From Minutocellus sp. GHC0000111 (lineage: Eukaryota): a stretch of 64,000 nt of DNA. Each line of letters begins with the position of its first letter. The stretch's first letter is position 1. The notes under the pieces were generated by a model, which ran no database searches, had not been told where the DNA came from, and was given only the letters and a program-made list of their open reading frames with translations. The stretch covers positions 3,286,001 to 3,350,000 of the forward strand of contig OZ361258.1 in assembly GCA_977018835.1 (NCBI GenBank). The letters are read 5' to 3'. Below, piece after piece: positions 59,290-64,000 of this stretch. A program made the translations under genes and the position numbers.

Positions 59290-61200
59290 TTGCATATAAT
59301 GTCGAAGGCAACCAATTATTTCCAAATATTCGCTTATGGAAGTGCTAGCTAAATATTGCCAGGTGCTTGATTGGTTGTGCACACTTGGCCCCTCAATGAA
59401 GCCCATTAGGAATGTTCGTCTACAATGTTTGCGATGATGCGCCACCGCCGGCACCCACGTGTTCGTGGATAGTAGCAACGTCTAGAAATAAATAGTCAAG
59501 GCATTTTACTAACAGCTACTGCTCGAAGAATTCCGCTAGCTAAATACGTATCCTAAGATGGAACTATGCTAGTGATGCTGAGTTCATTGTTATTTGTTGA
59601 GTTATACGCCTGGCCTCTTTGTTAAAGTCGACGATCTTCGTCATTTGTGTTAAAAATTACCGCATTTTAGATGACTTGCATCTATAACTTCCAACAACGA
59701 CATCGAACACCTCTCGTAGGTCAACCCATCTTTCTGAAATATCAATCAACGTTGTTTTCTGCCATCACCATGCACTAGTTGTGATTCCTTATCATTTGGT
59801 GTGACTCAACATTGACGACTTGGGTAAGGCCCCAGACCATTCCGGCGTCAGGTCTCACCATCTTACAATAACGACTGACAGTACCAAATTAACAAACATT
59901 CCAACATTTACTACCCTCAGAACTCCACCAGGCGCACAGTTGGGGTTGGTACTGTGCCAGTGATACTGACTCAGCGATTGATTGTTGATCGATAGGCCCT
60001 CAGCGATTGATTGTTGATCGATAGGCCCTAACCCTTCGTGGAGGTTGACGACCCGCCGAGTTTTGCGATAAATTGTTGAATTTTCCCTTCCAATGCATGT
60101 CTATAACTTTCCATGCCATTACAAAGTAGCTTTCACGAGCAACGCGGGCGATCAGGTATACTAAGGCGCGGCATGCAATACCCTCAATATGTGGTAGTTG
60201 TGATTCCTTGTCGTCCAGTGCCCACATTGGTGTTTCGAATCAGCACCCCGCGGAATCTGGCGTCAACCTCCACGAAACATTCAAATGCTATGTAATCACC
60301 AGTCTTTGCAGCAACCCCTCGAAACATTCCACCAATGAGCCCCATCATATCATATAAGGGCAAAAAAGGTTTTCGTGAGGTGACTGGACGCGCATGAGCC
60401 CAAACTATCGTCATGTTGGTAAATTATGCCCTCCCAGAACGATAAAAGTTACCCTTCAAAATAGTAACACGGTATGGTTTAGCCAAAATATCGACCCAGT
60501 TGCCAGAAGATTGTCATACGACCCGATTATATGTACATAATGTCCGAGAGGAAGCCTCGCTATCGTCAATTTGGCGTAGATTGGCATACCCCTTGAGAAA
60601 GTGATATCGCGGTGGAGAAGTTGATGAGAATCTGAGAGTTCTGGTTTTACTTGTTGGTTGTGTGAGAATGCAATAGGTTGCCAACACAAACTCAACAATC
60701 AACACATGCACTTCCATTCTTTAGTACATATCTTGGCAGGATTGAACGAGATTCAGCGCCTTGCTAACCAATTTCAAGAACTATTGCACATAATCTGATG
60801 TTGACGCCCATCCCAATGCCCAAAAAAATTTGGCAAATCCACAAAGTCCCAGCAAAATGATCCATTTGCTGACACCCAACCCGTCTCGCACGCGCTTCGA
60901 CCGCCCCGGTAGTATCACGGGAGAGAAATATCCAAAGTTGTAATGTGCCCCATACTGGCTTGGTTCTCATCTGTAGCCATATTGACGTTGAGGACCGGTT
61001 TTACGACGAAATCAGATTGTTGAATTTTTCGAGGGCGTCGGCGTTTTGCTACCATCGTGCTTCCGAACTGAATAACACTACCACACAATTGCCTCACGCT
61101 TGCGTTAAATTGATCTTTCGCGCCTTCAATTGTCGTCTATCTCCCATTTACTCGACTCCTTCGTTACTTTTCTCCGCGATTGTAGCCGTCGTGGAGGTCG
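59290..61200 (-). pseudogene. Decayed coding-like sequence with an internal ~420-bp degenerate duplication and a 29-bp tandem duplication
   Basis: Only short broken ORFs; TAGTTGTGATTCCTT at ~59776 and ~60195 (DKESQL on minus strand both times); TCTATAACTT at ~59681 and ~60100. Confidence 0.35.
59970..60029. repeat. Perfect 29-bp tandem duplication
   Basis: TCAGCGATTGATTGTTGATCGATAGGCCC at 59971-59999 and 60000-60028. Confidence 0.95.
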
Positions 61201-61802
61201 AGGTCGGCCGGTGACAAGCGCCGAAAGTCGATTTTCGTCAGTTTGAGAATGATAGGCTCAGAATGAAGGCTCACAGGCCAAGCCACATACATAGAGAAGA
61301 TATGCTGAGGCGGGCATGGTGGTTGCATTTCATCTTGGTGGTCGGCGTGTGGGGATGGAATGTGGTCGTCGGTGGACTGGTGGAATTTTGCAGTCCGAGT
61401 CAGATAGGAAAATCAAAACCCGAAAGTCCCGATAAGCGCGCATGCAACACCGCCCGCGTGAAATTTCCAACGTGGGCTGCTGCCTGGAGAAGGGAGCCGA
61501 GGAGGCCGGCGGAGAGGCTGAGCTTGTCTTTCGGCATTTGTTTTCAATCAAGCATCTCAGGCAGTCGCCTACTCGCTCTGGCCTCTGACCTCTGACCTCT
61601 GCTGCTGATGCGATGCCATAAATTGCGTTGCTGCTGCTGCTGCACGCTACGCTGACGAGCTACACCGCGGTTCTCTCATTTTCTGATCTGGTTGGCACTA
61701 CACCTTCCGTGCCTCCGTGTGGCCGTGGTGTGACCAGGCTCCTCTGCCATTACACGCCGGCAGGGACAATACACTGCCGCTTTCAGCTGCCTAAAAGTGA
61801 TA

Positions 61803-64000
61803 ATGCCATCTGCTTCTGAACTCTTGAGAATAGCTGCGTTGATCCGTTGCCTCGGCTGGATCGTCGTGCTATTATCGCTGGTAGCGAAGGCAGACGACGA
61901 CATCGCTCGTAGCAGTGACGACTCCGAATCAACATGTTCCATCTACCTCGCAGAGAGCACCATACCAAATGCTGGCTTCGGCATTTACACGACAAGGGCC
62001 TTCAAGAAAGGTGACTTGATTCTACAAGCCGATTGTCCTAGCATCATCATAACAGACATTCACAAGTACCAGCCCAACAATGAAGGACCAGAATGGCAGC
62101 ATCACAACTACCTTTGGAAACCATCGAACCAAGGGTCCTTTGAAGCACTCGCAACTCATGAATCTGTACTGACCTTCGGATCGCTGCCAAACTTCCACCC
62201 CGGGCTAAAATCAGCAGGTCCATCCGAAATCGAAAGGTAAGCTCTCACCGTGCAACAATCAGCAAGAAAGATGCGATGTTTTGGTATCTGGTATCTCATG
62301 CCACGTGCATCTCATCTTTGCAGGCTTCGCCAAAAAATAACCACTTACGTTTTTGTCATTCTGTCAATAGATACGACGACACAATGTTCAATCGATTCAA
62401 GGACCCAGGCGCTGGAGCAACCAGTTACCACATGGGGCATGACTTCGTTGCATCTTATCGGGATGTCGCGGCGAACGAAGAAGTAAGTACAGCAGAGAGA
62501 GTTTTTCATATTGCTTGTTCCTGATTCAATGATCCATATTTCATTTTTTTCTGAACCTCCCAATTAACGAAGATTTGTGCATGCTGTTATGAAATTAATA
62601 CCACCGTTTTGGGCCTTTTGCAGATATTCGTTGACTACGGAGAGCACTGGCTTGACGCACGTGACAAAGAAGGATTCGATAAGGTACCTCGATCTCATAA
62701 TTTCAAGGATGCGGAGGCTATTATCAGCATGATTGTTGAACGTCTACGAGGGGAAACTTCTGCACCGGTGGCAGAATCAATGCTTCACCTGGCTCGGGAA
62801 ATCGTCGAGTTTTATAGTGATCGTACCGTGTCGTTGATACCTAATACCATTACTGAACTCGAGGGGCTTGATTTGTCGTCGGACGATTTTCTGGCACACA
62901 GCAAGCTCATACATCGGTCTGAGGAGTGGATCAGAACCAACGGCAAATGTCTTGATAACATTTCGCCTGGACGGAGCACTTTGAGCCAAGCTGGTATGGG
63001 TGGATTTGCGAAGCGAATGATAAGAAAAGGAGAAGATGTTGTTCCAGTACCCGTTCTACTTATATCGAATTCCAGCATTCTGAACATGGAGGAAGACAGG
63101 CATTCGAACGAGAATTTGTTCAAACCATTAGAGATTTCTCAACGGAAGCAGCTTCTTTTGAATTATTGTTTTGGGCACGGCAAAACGAAGATGTTGTTTT
63201 GTCCCCAATCCAATGCAGCATTGGTAAATCATTGCAGCGGACGGTCACGATGGGGAGGGCAGTGTGATGAAAGTGGCCCGAATGCTGCCTTGAGATGGGC
63301 AACTGACTGGGACAAGTCCACTGCGGCTACTTTACGACTTGGTCTAGAAGAGATATCAAAGGTGAGTGAGGCACATGCGCCCAATCGTCGCTCACATATG
63401 AGTCTATCAGATGTTTCTCTAATATCCTCCCTTCCCGTTGATATCACTGTATAACAATCAGCAATCGAGCCGTGGACTAACTCTCGAGCTCTACGCCCTA
63501 CGAGACATTTTGCCTGGCGAAGAGGTACGCATACGGAGCATGCTTTTGGTTGTAACTCGATCTTCTCTTGTACATATGTGTTTTCTTTCTCTTTTGAATT
63601 TTGAGTACACATTTATGAATCATTCTTTGCTTCCATTACATACATGTAGTTATTCATTGACTACGGGGAAGACTGGGAGAAGGCATGGCTGGATCACGTT
63701 GAAAACTGGCAGCCGCCTAAACCTCCCAGTGATTTCTCTTCGTATCAAAATTCGGCCGACATCAATATTAGAAAATACGAGTACATTAGATCACTGTCGG
63801 AAGTAAAGAGCAACCCTCTTCCCCCGAATATCATGGCAGGGTGTATTTATTGGGAAACGGACGAAAACGATGTGACTGATTGGATCGAAAGCTTAAACGA
63901 GGACGACATCGAGGACACGGAGTCCTTGGATGACGAGATCATAATCGAAAAGTTTGGCCAGCATGGTGCCAACTATACTCACACAGACGCAAACAAGGAT
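61803..64000 (+). CDS. Signal-peptide-bearing, tandem SET-like domain protein of the diatom-expanded (BacSET-type) family; multi-exon, runs off window end
   Basis: Hydrophobic signal (WIVVLLSLVAKA); CSIYLAESTIPNAGFGIYT...NFHPGL...RDVAANEEIFVDYGEHW; second unit CLDNISPGRSTLSQAGMGGFAKR...LLNYCFGH...LVNH...YALRDILPGEE/LFIDYGEDW; GT-AG introns near 62237, 62483, 63362, 63525. Confidence 0.8.

Overview
Eukaryotic nuclear DNA from a gene-dense genome with short GT-AG introns, most likely a diatom or related stramenopile. The evidence is bipartite ER/plastid presequences with Phe at +1, a Tom70-like protein, and SET and Cys/His domain families typical of diatoms. About 22 protein genes are present: an SDG2/ATXR3-like H3K4 methyltransferase, an acylated ankyrin/ARM protein, Tom70, SUMO, MCM3, Polo kinase, a metzincin, Sec61alpha, EMC5, a GT25 protein, RPS14, FPP synthase, an MBD protein, RPS2, RPL5, RtcB, a PTOX-like protein, a secreted SET protein and several unknowns. 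There are two clean mobile elements: a 4.07-kb internally deleted non-LTR retroelement with a perfect 16-bp TSD, and a 755-bp TA-flanked MITE made of palindromic subrepeats. The most interesting signals are: (1) a plastid-targeted, bacterial-type RtcB RNA ligase fused to a valyl-tRNA-synthetase-like C-terminal tRNA-binding coiled coil; (2) the adjacent plastid-targeted PTOX-like protein missing three of six di-iron ligands; (3) a dispersed family of GTAG/CTAC palindromes in intergenic DNA; (4) a 10-mer (GCTCATAACC) shared by the RPS14, RPS2/RPL5 and SEC61 promoters; (5) a patch depleted in both CG and TA. Many single-base frameshifts in essential genes suggest consensus errors in the assembly, so point-level claims need read or transcript confirmation. 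All homology calls come from recognising motifs by eye, not from database searches.
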